From Octopus vulgaris (lineage: Eukaryota): 64,000 nt of DNA. The stretch covers positions 196,168,001 to 196,232,000 of the forward strand of contig OX597815.1 of NCBI GenBank assembly GCA_951406725.2, read 5' to 3'. The position numbers and the translations under genes are program-made. The notes below the pieces were generated by a model. The model made no database searches and was not told where the DNA came from. It saw only the letters and a list, made by a program, of their open reading frames with translations. Below are positions 12,668 to 25,481 of this stretch, in pieces (within the stretch, counting starts at the first letter, position 1; each line of letters starts with the position of its first letter).

Positions 12668-13683
12668 GCATATTACTTCGTATGTAGTTAGCAGTATATT
12701 TCATTGTGCCATATTGTATGCAAGATAAGAAAAAAGAAACAAAACACATATCTCTAACTTTCAGTAAGACACAACGTAAGAATATGGCTGACATTTTCAG
12801 ATAGCTTAGTTTCTTGCTGTCTTCTCTAAGTCGAATTATAGAAAGGTTTCTAACTGTATTGTTTATATTGTTCTGGGGATAAATAAAAAGAAAATGTATT
12901 TTTTCAGTAGCAGATAAAGCTGACCCATCTAAGTACTTGATATGGTTTATCACAAAACGTTACAACCATTTTTTCTTCTCGTCGTTTGGTTAGATAGTAA
13001 TGGCGCAGTGGATTCCGACAGTATTTTGACCTTGAACAGGGAGCTATGAAATAAGATATTACAAAGTCTTGTAGGCAAGATATTTTCCTTCTGCTACAAA
13101 ATTCACCACTTTCATTAAAAATACTATATCTCGTTTCCAAGCCGTTTTCGAAGCAAACTGTAGACAGTAGCGAAGTCTACTTACTAACCCTATAAATTGT
13201 TATATAAAGGCAATTACCAAAATCTGTGTCATAGACTGTTATTTGTACGTATTATCATTATCACTTGTTGCTTCGTCTGTTTCCCTTACGTTTACCAATT
13301 TAAAGTTGGCAATAATTATTTTTCTTTAAATAATTACGAGTTATTTGTTCTTTAGAATATTAACATTACAAAAACAGAAAAGAAAATGCGGTGAGAGCTG
13401 TTGTTGAAAATACATCCAGATGTTAATTGTTCGCTAAGTACATTTAACGTTTGAATTGACATAATATATGTAACAGGCATTATGAACTACACATGCGCAT
13501 ACGCACACATTTATAAACGCGAATACAAAGACATTTAATTGCATGTCGATGTGTACGGCTATATATACGCTTGAGCTTAATTTTATATCTGCTGATTTCT
13601 ATGAATTAAATTTATATGTGTATGTATGACTTTTAGGACGTTGTCTCTTTAATGCTTTCTTTCTTTACTTCTTTCATTCTCAA

Positions 13684-13743
<60 letters not shown>

Positions 13744-13965
13744 TCTCTCTCTCGTACATACATATGTACTAATACGTTTCCTTTTATATCTACACGTGTT
13801 TATGTTTTGGCTTGACAGCGACAGAAAAGAAAACAATATGTAAAACAGACTTGAAGACACAACAGCAACACAGGACAGTATTACATTATTCTGATCTAAT
13901 AAACGTGGCATCTGAAAGGAACAGGACTTTGCAAACTTTGAATCTTATAATTCATATTTACTTCC

Positions 13966-14041
<76 letters not shown>

Positions 14042-14151
14042 ATATTAATTAGAGACAAAACCACTATTATGCAAATCAAACAAAGAAAGCCTTAATCCAA
14101 TGCATAAAAATTTTTATATAAATTAAATATAATTAAGATTAATTAAGATAT

Positions 14152-14197
14152 CCACAACGATCGTTTCTTGTCACTTCAATGGACATTCATCAGGTGG
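14152..14197 (-). ncRNA. Type I hammerhead ribozyme within a (TA)n-flanked insertion (14041-14260)
   Basis: CCAC-CTGATGA-aTGTC-cattgaagt-GACAa-GAAAC-GATC-GTT-GTGG: helix I CCAC/GTGG, helix II TGTC/GACA, palindromic helix III. Confidence 0.75.
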
Positions 14198-14255
14198 TTT
14201 TCAAGACCTTCTATGCAATTTTGAAATTTATTCCCTAATATTTATTATTATATAT

Positions 14256-14327
<72 letters not shown>

Positions 14328-14329
<2 letters not shown>

Positions 14330-14760
14330 AGGTGCAATGGCCCAGTGGTTAGGACAGCGGACTCGCAGTTGGAGGATCGCAGTTTCGATTCCCAGAGCGG
14401 GCGTTGTGTGTGTTTATTCAGCGAAAACACCTAAAGTTCCACGAGGCTTCAGAAGGGTGGGTCGCAACCCTTGTTGTATTCTTTCGCCCTAACTTTCTCA
14501 CGCTCTCTCTTCTCAGACCGTGTGTGTTTATTCAGCGAAAACACCTGAAGTTCCGCGAGGTTCCGGCAGGGGGTAGTGGCGATTCCTGTTGTACTCTTTC
14601 GCCCCAACTTTCTCACACTCGCTCTTCCTGTTTCTTGAGTAACGCTGCGATGGATTGGCGTCCCATCCAGCTGGGCGGGGAGGGGGGTCACATACGCCAC
14701 AGAAACCGGGAAACTGGTCCCATGAGTGTACCTAGTCTTGGAAAAGTGCGCATAAAGAAA
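14328..14760 (+). mobile_element. SINE family C, V-domain-like tail, with internal duplication
   Basis: Family C head; tgtgtgtttattcagcgaaaacacct block present twice; tail gcgatggattggcgtcccatccag...agaaaccgggaaac. Confidence 0.85.
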
Positions 14761-15124
14761 TTTAAAAAATATATATATATACATGTGCGCGCGTGTGTGT
14801 TTGTGTGCGAGCGCACAGGCACTTCTGCATATGAATGTATATGATTCTGTTACTGACTTCTTAAATGTTCTGTCGGAAAGGATGAATTTCAATGACCCGC
14901 AATTTCTGAATACCAGAGGGATTAAGGGTTCTTTAAAAAATGAGAATATGAAACGACTAACCTAAATACCGTACACCATTAAGTCATTCAATCTACAGCT
15001 TTTGATATGATAAGTCGCATATCATTGCTAGCATCACATATAATCCATTGAGCTCTTATTCAGTATACAAAATGCTTCCCTTCACTCTACTGGATTATTA
15101 AGTTTTCACCCTAATATATACTGT

Positions 15125-15156
<32 letters not shown>

Positions 15157-15719
15157 TGAGTTTGTATAATGTCATCTGAAATACATGTACATCAGTAATA
15201 ATTTTGCTTTCAGCTGATTAAACAACTTTTTAAAATACATTTTTGTTTGTATTTGATGTTATTTTATCAAACCTACTTTCAGAGATGGAATATATTTTTT
15301 ATTGAGGTTCAGTTTAATTATGTAAAATATTTATGTAAAATATATATACAGAAGACAACGTTAAACTGAACACTCTAAAGAGGAACCACGGTATCGTATA
15401 ATTAATCTCCGTGGAATTGATTGCTAATTATCTTTAAGGACATTGTTGTTATGTATCACAGACACCGCTCTTCGCAATTTTGAGTTCAAGCGTGAAAATT
15501 AATGAAATAAAAACAAACACTTATTTGCCATTGTTTTTATCAACAAATGAAATTTCAACTGTATAACAAATAAAAAAAACACATTCGTTTATCTTACAAT
15601 TGTGTCACTTTCCGAAGCGTTTCCGTCACTTCTCATTGATTACATACCATTTAGTCAGCTTCCTCTGTAAATGTATTATCTTTGAGCATATAGCTTTGTA
15701 TTTGGTAGATGTCCATGCG

Positions 15720-15990
15720 GGGAAGCACATGGAGTAATGGTCGAGGGATCGCGGGTTCGAATCTCAGACCGGGCGATGTGTGTGTCTATGAGACAAACAC
15801 CTAGGCTCCTCGCGGCTCCGGCAGAAGGTAATGGCGAACTTCTGCTGGCTCTTTCGCCACAACTCTTTCCTCCTGCATATTACAGCTCACCTACGACAGA
15901 CCGGCCTCCCGTCCAGGTGGGGAGCCTATATGCCAAGGAAAAAGGGAAACCTACCCTTATGAGCCAGGCATGGTTCGAGAAGGAACAAAC
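15720..15990 (+). mobile_element. Diverged SINE family C, V-like tail
   Basis: ggttcgaatctcagaccgggcg...ggctccggcag...ccgtccag...gggaaac. Confidence 0.7.
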
Positions 15991-16394
15991 AATCAGATGT
16001 CCATGCGTATGAGTATGCGATACGCTAAGTGACGCTTCCATTGGGAATCCTCACTAAAATTGCAACTAAGAACGAAATATGTAAATGCGATTGTATCTCA
16101 GACTCACACTTTAAGAATTATCTGCTGGAGCGGATGCGTAGAACAAGAGTAATGCTCCAGTGCTCCTCATATTGGGTTAATCTCCAACGAACATGACAGA
16201 CAGGGTTTGACCAAAAGTAACCTGACAGTAAATCCAAACCATTTACTGCCAAGATTTATTTATGTTTAACAAGTGAATGAATTTTATAAAAACCTATAAA
16301 TTTGAAACATCATGAAGATTGTTCAACTTTGAGGTCCTTCTTGAGCGACACCATTTTTCGAAATGGATAAATACAATATAAAGACAAATATCTT

Positions 16395-16475
16395 CAGCTA
16401 GCAGGCCTTTGGTACTCTAGACTGATGATGGGCAAGACCCAGAAACATGCATGTCTCTAGATGCAGGCCTAGCTG
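16395..16475 (+). ncRNA. Canonical type I hammerhead ribozyme with extended helix I
   Basis: TCTAGA-CTGATGA-TGGG-CAAGA-CCCA-GAAAC-ATGCAT-GTC-TCTAGA; all core nucleotides present; outer pairings aggcct/aggcct and cagct/agctg. Confidence 0.9.
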
Positions 16476-16505
16476 TTGGGGGTGTTTGTATCCCCTTCGT
16501 AAATA

Positions 16506-16698
16506 TATAAGGACACAGGAAATGTGTCAAGGCCGACAGGAAGCGTCGATGCTTTCTAGGGCTAAACAACGGTGTGGTAATTCCCTTTACGGGACTGTCG
16601 CGTTAGGTTGACAGTATACAACCACCCCATGAATATAATTGAAAATTAAGCATTTATGGAATTTTGAATTACTGTTGGGAGACTTTTGGCCACCCCTG
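16506..16698 (-). mobile_element. Tc1/mariner-like terminal segment, copy 1
   Basis: Ends ...ttttggccacccctg-TA; inverted homolog of 20218-20411. Confidence 0.7.
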
Positions 16699-17072
16699 TA
16701 TACAAAGTACAGTGTAATTTCAGAAATGTTATTTTTGTATAACAGCTAAAATGAAAACATCTGTTACTGAGATGTCTTCAGGATAATGTTGTGATGCAGT
16801 TTCTACTGCCACGAAGCCTGACATCTTATGGTTATTAAATTCATACTACATGTCGCGATGGTTTCTTGTGGAACCAAAACCTAATTTATGATTTATTTTA
16901 TTATGTAGTAACCGTAATATAACTTATTTAGTTAGACCGCTTTTCCCATATTGAAAGACAAGAAGAATCCGTTCATGTGTATGTTTGTGTGTTTGTAAGG
17001 AGTTAGGTGCTGCATGTGATGTTTTCTTGATGTCATCGATCCACCTTCGTTTCTATGAATGAAGAAAATTAC

Positions 17073-17325
17073 CTTCTCGAAAACAGCTGTCATTGAACTT
17101 TTCGTGAAAACATGTGACTGCTGAATTCTCAGGCTGATGCGGCAGCTGTTTGATAAACATCATCCCATACCAATTGAGCCATATTTTAACGCTTGTAGAA
17201 TAATAAAAGTGCTTCTGCGCTAACAACGCGTTCCACAGATGCCAGAGTGTATACAGGAGAGATAAGGAACAAACTGATATTCGCGGAAGGTTCCTAACTA
17301 TTGTGAGATAATGTAATTTCATGAC
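17073..17325 (-). other. Candidate spliced exon (253 nt)
   Basis: Acceptor ttctcactctgcag|G and donor AAG|gtaatt; one open frame (VMKLHYL...CFREG); no recognisable homology. Confidence 0.35.
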
Positions 17326-17679
17326 CTGCAGAGTGAGAACCTAAACTTTGAGGTACAGATGATACCCCAATAGTTTAACTTAAGGTTAAACTAATTGTGG
17401 ATAATGGATTTATCATAAAATTAGTGATCATTTCCATGTATGGAATACAGTGGTCACGGTGGGGAAATACATGAAGAAAACACAACGAATACTTTAAATT
17501 TAATATTTCGTATGCATTAGTTTCTCAGAGTAATTATGCAAGGCTTACCGTATTTTGCATTAGGAGGTATGTCTTTAAGTTATTTTATTTCTAAATAACT
17601 CTATTTTCGTTGCAAATATATCTACGTTCTTACATGTTTACTAATTCTTTTTATTCCTTTCTTCTGTTAGTTATTTCTG

Positions 17680-17870
17680 TTACTTATTTCCGGCCACGCT
17701 GGAGCACCGCCTTTAGTCGATCAAATCGACTCCAGGACTTATTCTTTGTAAGCCTAGTACTTATTCTATCGGTCTCTTTTGCCGAACCGCTAATTTACGA
17801 GGACGTAAACACACCAGCATCGGTTATCAAGAGATGGTGGGGGGCAAACACGGAGACACAAACACACAGA

Positions 17871-17907
<37 letters not shown>

Positions 17908-18062
17908 TTTCTTTCAGTTTCTATCTACCAAGTCCACTCACAAGGCTTCGGTCGGCCCGAGGCTATAGTACAACACTCGCCCAAGGTGTCACGCAGTAAG
18001 ACTGAACTCGGAACCTTGTCGTTGGTTAGCAAGCTACTTACCACACAGCCACTCCTGCGCCT
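17680..18062 (-). mobile_element. CORE-type SINE (family A)
   Basis: Reverse complement of family A, from the ggcgcaggagtggctgtgtgg head to the tail. Confidence 0.9.
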
Positions 18063-18151
18063 AAAAGTGAATGTTTCATTGCTACTTCAGCAACATATCG
18101 GGGACTATGCGTAGACGAGGTGATCAGGATAATACGAAGACATTATTTTTT

Positions 18152-18329
18152 TACCCCAACATCGCTTGACAACCGATGTTGGTGTGTTTACGTCCCCGTA
18201 ACCTAGCGGTTAGGCAAAAGAGGCCGATTGAATAAGTACTAGACAAAGAATAAGTCCTGGGGTCGACTTGCTCGACTAAAGGCGGTGCTCCACCATGGCC
18301 ACAGTTACATGACTGAAACAAGTAAAAGA

Positions 18330-18330
<1 letters not shown>
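18152..18330 (+). mobile_element. CORE-type SINE 3' half (family A)
   Basis: gcttgacaaccgatg...ggcggtgctccaccatggccacagttacatgactgaaacaagtaaaagag. Confidence 0.85.
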
Positions 18331-18375
<45 letters not shown>

Positions 18376-18377
<2 letters not shown>

Positions 18378-18570
18378 CGGGAAGGTTTACAAAAATAAAC
18401 AAAAGACGAAGGCAGGTGGAGTACAAACAAACAAATGTATCAGGAATAGAAATAGAACAAGTCTTTTATGTTTCGAGCCTACGCTCTTCGACAGAAAGAT
18501 ACATAGAAAAGAAACAAAGAGAGAAACAAGGAGAGAAAAAAATGCGTGTTGGAGCTAATGGTCTATCATA
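18376..18570 (-). mobile_element. PLE terminal repeat with HHR-like motif, abutting (TA)n
   Basis: Homologous to 224-412; minus strand reads CTTT-CTGTCGA-AGAGCGTAGGCTC-GAAAC-ATA-AAAG. Confidence 0.7.
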
Positions 18571-19794
18571 TGTCTGTGTGTGTGTGTGTGCGTAATAAAC
18601 ATACACGAAGCAATCTCACAATTATTTTCAGCCTAGTGTAATGGACGACTGAATTGTTTATTATTTGCGGTTTGTTTTGTTTTGCAACATCTCTATGAAA
18701 GTTTATACAGTATGTGCGAAATATGTTAAGAAAAGTATTTTTATCGGCGGAATTACTAATAATAATCACATGTTTTAGTTCTCTGGGCTGTATTCCAAGC
18801 TACATAAGTGAATATTTACGTCTAACATCCCCCAGAAGAATATCATGTAAAACTAAATTTAGTGACTATACTATAGTTTGTGTTTTTTTTTATATATAGA
18901 ATCTATATTTAAAGTAGTAACCTCAAACCGTGCGTGATTTCGTTGGTAGGCAGAGTAATTCCTCCCGGTATAACCGTACAATCGTTTTGGATGCAGAGTG
19001 TAGATACAACAATGTTTGCAGAGGTGTTCTAGAAATATATCATACATAATGCGATTTCAGAGACTAAAGATGAAAATATGCATCATATTACTATGCAAAA
19101 ACAAAATGATTTCCAGCTAACATACCTGAAACTAATCATCTCCATATTAGTTTTACACACCAATTTGCTTTCTAAAACTCGCAAAATTTCGCAAATTTCA
19201 TAATATTATGTATGCACGTATAATTTTCGAATTATCATAATCACTGATACGATTATTCCAGGAAATAGATTTACGTATTACCGATTAAGTTTGTCGTTAA
19301 CATAAGTCTAATCGTCCGTTAAATTTAAATTTTGGAACATTTTATTAAATGTTTGGAAATATTTGTTTCTAACAGGGGGGCACTTAATAAAATTATTATA
19401 TCTAAAATTATATCTTTAGAAAATGTATAACCAGGTATTCTACTTCCCTAACAATATGTATCGGCTGAAATAGGTGCTTGCAGAATTTTTAGCAAAAACA
19501 ATTGACACGTATTGAATTAGGAATATTTTTCTTCGGAAAGCAAACAAACACAATTCCATAGTGAGTTTGGAAGATAAAGAACATTCATTATATAAGCACC
19601 AACATACACTTGTGCACACTAAGACATAAATGTACATACTAGAGGATAATGAGCCCCAATGATATCTATGTGTATTTTGTAGATATAAATATACAATATT
19701 TTACAAATATAAAATCTTTTTTCCATTCGTTTCATATAAGTTTAAAACATAAATCAAAGATCTCTCATATATGCCTATCCGTTTGATAATATAT

Positions 19795-20024
19795 ATTTCT
19801 TTACTACCCACAAGGGGCCAAACACAGAGGGGACAAACAAGTACAGATAAACGGAGTAAGTTGATTACATATACCCCAGTGCGTAACTGGTACTTAATTT
19901 ATCGACCCCGAAAGGATGAAAGGCAAAGTTGACCTTGGTGGAATTTGAACACAGAATGTAACGGCAGACGAAATACGGCTACGCATATCGCCCGGCGTGC
20001 TAACGTTTCTGCCAGCTCACCGCT
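19795..20024 (-). mobile_element. Meta-type SINE (family B)
   Basis: Full reverse-complement copy of family B. Confidence 0.9.
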
Positions 20025-20217
20025 CTTTGATAATATATTATTTGCCATGTTAAATTTAGACTGCGTCAGCAGATCATGTCTTTCACAAATACTTTATTTG
20101 CTTGAAATATAGGGATGCGCCTACCCTGTTATATTTTCAGCGTTTTGAAACATTACATTTTGGCGATATACTTTCTTTGTACTTTACAGGAATTCTGAAA
20201 TTGCACTGTACTATGTA

Positions 20218-20411
20218 CACAGGGGTGGCCAAAGGTCTCCCAACAGTAATTCAATATTCCATAAATGCTTAATTTTCACTTATATTTATGGGGTGGTTGT
20301 ATACTGTCAACCTAACGTGACAGTCCCGTAAAGGGAATTACCTCACCGCTGTCTAGCCCTAGGAAGCATCGACGCTTCCTGTCGTCCTTGACACATTTCC
20401 TGTGTCCTTAT
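20218..20411 (+). mobile_element. Tc1/mariner-like terminal segment, copy 2
   Basis: caggggtggccaaaggtctcccaacagtaattc...cctgtgtccttat; inverted homolog of 16506-16698. Confidence 0.7.
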
Positions 20412-20979
20412 TAAAAAAATAGACATATCATGTGAAAAGGAAAAATGCACATGTGAGTCTATGTCCATAAATATGTGTGCACGCGTGCATGTGTGAGTGT
20501 GCATGAGTGCTGATGAGGGAGAGAAACAAAGTGGCTTAGGAAGTTTGAAATAGAAACATGTAGTTGAAATGAATAGTTGCGGCTCTTCTGGTTGGTTATC
20601 AATGTAATGTGAGTGCCAGGTCTCGGATCCATTGTAGGTATTTTGTTAACCATCATCGCCTAACCATGAAATTCATTTATTTGTAAAAAGATCCTATTAA
20701 TCTGGTATAATTAACTGCTGTAGGAATTAGTTGACACCAACGGTTTTACTCAAATCCTATGAAAAAATTGGATTTTCACGATGAATACGGACAATTATTA
20801 AATGATTAATACACTGGATAAATAGATAGGTACGTTGTTTCTCACGCATATTTGAACAAATAACTATTGATTCACGCATTTATTTGGCACTACCAAAGAA
20901 TAGGTTTCAATAATTAATGCACGAAACATCTCGCTTATTTCAAATACTTGCCATTGATTCATCTACTTTATATATACCC

Positions 20980-21358
20980 TTTGACTCTTTTACTTGTTTC
21001 AGTCATTTGACTGTGGCCATGATGGAGCACCGCTTTTAGTCGAGCAAATCGACCCCAGGACTTATTCTTTATAAGCCTAGTACTTATTCTATCGTCCCCG
21101 CTAAGTTATGGGGACATAAACACACCAGCATCGGTTGTCAAGCAATGTTGGGGGGACAAACACAGACACACACACACACATATATATATATATACGACGG
21201 GCTTCTTTCAGTTTCTATCTGCCAAATCCACTCACAAGGCTTTGGTCGGCCCGAGGCTATAGTAGAAGACACTTGCCCAAGGTGCCCCACAGTGGGATTG
21301 AACCCGGAACCATGTGGTTCATAAGCAAGCTATTTACCACACAGCCACTCCTACGCCT
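20980..21358 (-). mobile_element. CORE-type SINE (family A)
   Basis: Full reverse-complement copy of family A. Confidence 0.9.
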
Positions 21359-21383
21359 ATATATATATATATATATATATATA

Positions 21384-21559
21384 ACGGGAAGCTTTATGAA
21401 AATAAACAAAAGACGAAGGCAGGTGGAATACAAACAAACAATTGTATTAGTATGTCGCTCAGGAATATAAATAAAACAAGTCTTTTACGTTTCGAGCTAC
21501 GCTCTCCAACAGAAATATACACAGAAAAAAACAAGGAGAGAAACAAGGAGAGAAAATAA

Positions 21560-21560
<1 letters not shown>
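21384..21560 (-). mobile_element. PLE terminal repeat between (TA)n tracts
   Basis: acgggaagctttatgaaaataaacaaaagacgaaggcaggtgg...ttttacgtttcgagctacgctct; homolog of 18376-18570. Confidence 0.7.
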
Positions 21561-21610
<50 letters not shown>

Positions 21611-22424
21611 CATACATTCTGTCTGGAATAAGCAGATTATGTGAAACACGCAGCGAGAATTGTAGAGGCCGAAACTAAACTGTAAAAAAATGTACTTTTC
21701 GTATAGATCAATCTCGTGATACTTGTTCCTCGTCAGAAAAGATGTATCACTATTCGTTGCCTAGTAGAGAATTTTGAAACAATATCACAAAATATGTAAA
21801 TTTATATCAGCAATGTATTAGGATGTAACATTTATAACCGCCCTCATCTGCATATAATTTACTTGGGGCGGCGCGTAGGATATACTTACATACATATGTA
21901 CATACATTCGTACATGTCACACAAACAAACAAATATGTAATTATATGTGCATATACGTATGTATAGCATGCACATATGATATTCGAAATTTCAACACTTA
22001 CTTAGATTTTATGTAGGTTGAAGCAAACACATATTTATTATATCATAGATTACTCTGTGTTGAAGTCTAAAACTGTTTGTCGTAGGAAAGAAGGAATCAA
22101 ATAATACAGACATTTGGAAGAATACAGTTGTTTTTGTTTGTAAAGACAAGTTCGAGTGCCGTAAAAAGAGACCTTGTTCTGACATTTCCAACAGGGCAAT
22201 TCTTAAAATTGAGGAGAAGTGTAATGGTGTTCAATAACTACAAGTATAATAAATGCAAAACAATAGAATTAATGAATTGAAAGAAAAGACGGAGAATAAT
22301 AACATAACGAATTATTGTCAACTATGAAAGAATCCGTTTTATTTTGCGACAGCTTCAGTATAGATATTATTGTTGTACGTTAGAATCTGAAAAGTCTATT
22401 GTTAAATTTAAAAACCAGACTTAC

Positions 22425-22535
22425 AACGTCAACGATGACGGCGAGAACAATGTCGATGGTGATACACAACATCAACATCAGCATCAATAATTTCCTCATA
22501 TAATGAATACCAAACGAGTGAATACTCAATAAAAT
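22425..22535 (-). other. Candidate spliced exon (111 nt)
   Basis: Acceptor tgttctttaatttag| and donor GTT|gtaagt; 37 open codons ILLSIHSFGIHYMRKLLMLMLMLCITIDIVLAVIVDV. Confidence 0.3.
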
Positions 22536-23678
22536 CTAAATTAAAGAACAGACAATAGCAAATAGTATTGAGAATATAATACTTTCGCTTTATTGCAAGG
22601 AGATCTTCTTTATTTAGTTTTCTCATTTGGTTCATGTCAAAAACAAGTTGAGGTTATAAATATAATCATTATTTTAGTACTATACATGTGAAAGTGAGAG
22701 AGGAGAGACGGGGATTTCTAATTTTTTCTTCCAGTTTCCCATCAGTTTCAGTGTTAAGTTTCAAACGAATAACAAAACACTTCACAATAATTCAGCACAA
22801 AAGCTGTACATTATTTTGTACTAAATTGATTTGTTATTTGTATCAAAGAATTTGATCGTAATTTGTAATTCTAGATTTGATATAAAACCTGGGATTATCT
22901 TTTACACTTCGGAGAAATGTATATTGAATTAACTCAATCGCGTATTACAGGTACCACTACCATTTTAATATACCTTCCAGCAAAGAGGAAAAACGCCAAG
23001 TTGTCGTCAATAGCAAAAGTATTCAGAAATCGAAGGTGTGTAATTAGTAAACGAAGTGTTAAGCATAAAATGTGTACACCGCGGCGTAGAGCTTGACATT
23101 TATTTATTATTTGTACTGCTTCAAAGAAAAAACTGTGAACAAGAATGACATAGACAAATGTAGATCTGTCAGCTTTAATCGGTTGCTGTTAAAAACAAAT
23201 GTTTGTACAATAATTGTTTAGCAATGCGTTATTATTGGTTGTTGTAGGTAGTACAAACGGTTCAACATAAAAATGCTAAAACCATTTCCGTCAGTTGTGT
23301 AACAAAGATTACAGAAATGACAGCCAACATGTATTCCTATATACACACATATATAATGACATATACTTGCATGCACGCACACAAACAGTATGTGTTTATT
23401 GAAAAGCTCTGTCGTAGTGCGTATCTTATTACGTGATAGCTTATATCCAGAAGTAAGTGCAATATCGTGAACATGATCAAATAAAAACAACCTGATCTGA
23501 GTGGCTAGTACGCTGTAAATTAAGTGTTTTATTTCCTTGCTGTCTTGAATTATATGAGAATCCTTGTCTGGTCTGTGAGTATAGTGTGAGTATAGGGTTT
23601 CATACGTGTAGATGAGTTTCATTCTTTTGTGCGTCTCCGAATGAAGACGCCCATTTATCAGATACACAGAACGTTCTA

Positions 23679-24050
23679 TGGATGGATGGAAGCACTCCGT
23701 CGGTTACGACTATGAGGGTTCCGGTCGATCCGAAATTAACGTGTAAGTGGCTGAGCACTCCACAGACACGTGTACCCTTAACGTAGTTCTCGGGGATATT
23801 CAGCCTGACACAGAGAGTGACAAGGCCGGCCCCTTGAAATACAGGTACAACAGAAACAGGAAGTAAGAGTGAGTGAAAGTTGTGGTGAAAGAGTACAGCA
23901 GGGATCACCACCATCCCCTGCCGGAGCCTCGTGGAGCTTTTATGTGTTTTCGCTCAATAAACACTCACAACGCCCGGTCTGGGAATCGAAACCGCGATCC
24001 TATGACCGCGAGTCCGCTGCCCTAACCACTGGGCCATTGCGCCTCCACCC
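23679..24050 (-). mobile_element. SINE family C, long-tail form
   Basis: Close copy of 3691-4077; TSD of about 15-16 bp (a)cacagaacgttctat on both sides. Confidence 0.92.
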
Positions 24051-25481
24051 ACACAGAACGTTCTATATGCATTATGGGACTAGCTGTATGTCTATATACC
24101 AATTTCAAGAACTGAACTACAATGGTAATAACATAAATAAGTTTTGAGTATCAATAAATTACTTCATTCCTTAACTATTCATTCAAAATCCATTTCCAGG
24201 GTTAAAAGGAACATAGTAGTGTCAGTGAGTACCGTTGAGAAAATTATCCATATTTATCAGAATAATTATCCTGATTACGCGTAATTAAATCAGAGTCGTT
24301 TTGCTTTAGGAAATTAAATCATTTGAACTATATTTAAATCGAAACTGGATGATATGCACTAACAGTGGTTCATTCAATATTATATCAGGAATTTATAGAA
24401 TTTTGAATAATTACTTCTATTGAAGAAGCTTTATCTACACATTTATACTGTATTATAATTCTGCTCATGTCTCCATATGAATCGTATGATCTCTTAATTT
24501 ATTGAAATGCTTAGTTAATAATTTTTTTAATAACATCTTTGCTGCAGAGGAATTCATGAATAATTATAAAACCTGCGGAAACATCATTATTCATAATATT
24601 TTTTATAGTATTCTAAGAAGAATATTTTATATTTCAAATTCATGTCCTTAGTATATGTCGAAGGGACAAAATCGATAAAATTACCAGCACGGCAACCAAG
24701 ATGTCAACGTATCACGTTACACAGACTACTTTGTGATGAAATTAGTCAGCCAGATCCGCTTAGCTGTCACTGATGATCTAGAACAGTTAATGAGCTGTTA
24801 CATTTAGATTATTACTAACTATGTCACTGAAAGTAGAGACCGAAGGCTGTTGTGACTAGTGTAAAGAGGCACGGTGCTGAAATAGGTTGTGCCAATTACC
24901 CAAATTGTAATGGCTAGTGATGAAATCTATGTCAGATACATAACACTTTGGTCATGACTAGAAATAATCCTATTTGAATAAATATACCTGGTATCTGGGA
25001 ACTCCTTACATGTTTAGTTCTATATAAAGATATACATTTGAATGAAACTAAACAACCCCAAGATTTGAATTTTAGTAGGCCTTAATTTATACTCATACCT
25101 TCATGAAAACAGTCGTTGGGAGATTAGATTTGATACGTACATGACAATATACGTGTTCTAAAATGAGTAGATTGGTTTATATATCTTCATGATATGATAT
25201 TATCCTTTAAACACTAGATACATTTGGACAACGACATGTAACGCTGTTCATTTTTCTTTCAATCTATGTTATTTTAAATGAGATTTCCGTTAAGCGTTAT
25301 TTCGACATTTACGCTTTTACTATTTGCAAAAGTCCGATTTTCATGATAAAGTTATGCATACTAAGAGGCAAATCATTGAGGGAGTGGATGTATACTAGAT
25401 ATGGTAGCAGCGAAGATTTGAGGTTAAATGTAGTTCATATTCACATTTTAAATTAGTACTGTTTATTATGAACCACGTATT

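Noticed and set aside
20505-20538. CTGATGA-GGGAGA-GAAAC-AAA-GTG
   Set aside because: No helix II, a non-cleavable GUG triplet and no convincing helix I.
24733-24776. C/D box snoRNA-like GTGATGA...CTGA
   Set aside because: Only about 40 nt between the boxes and no terminal stem.
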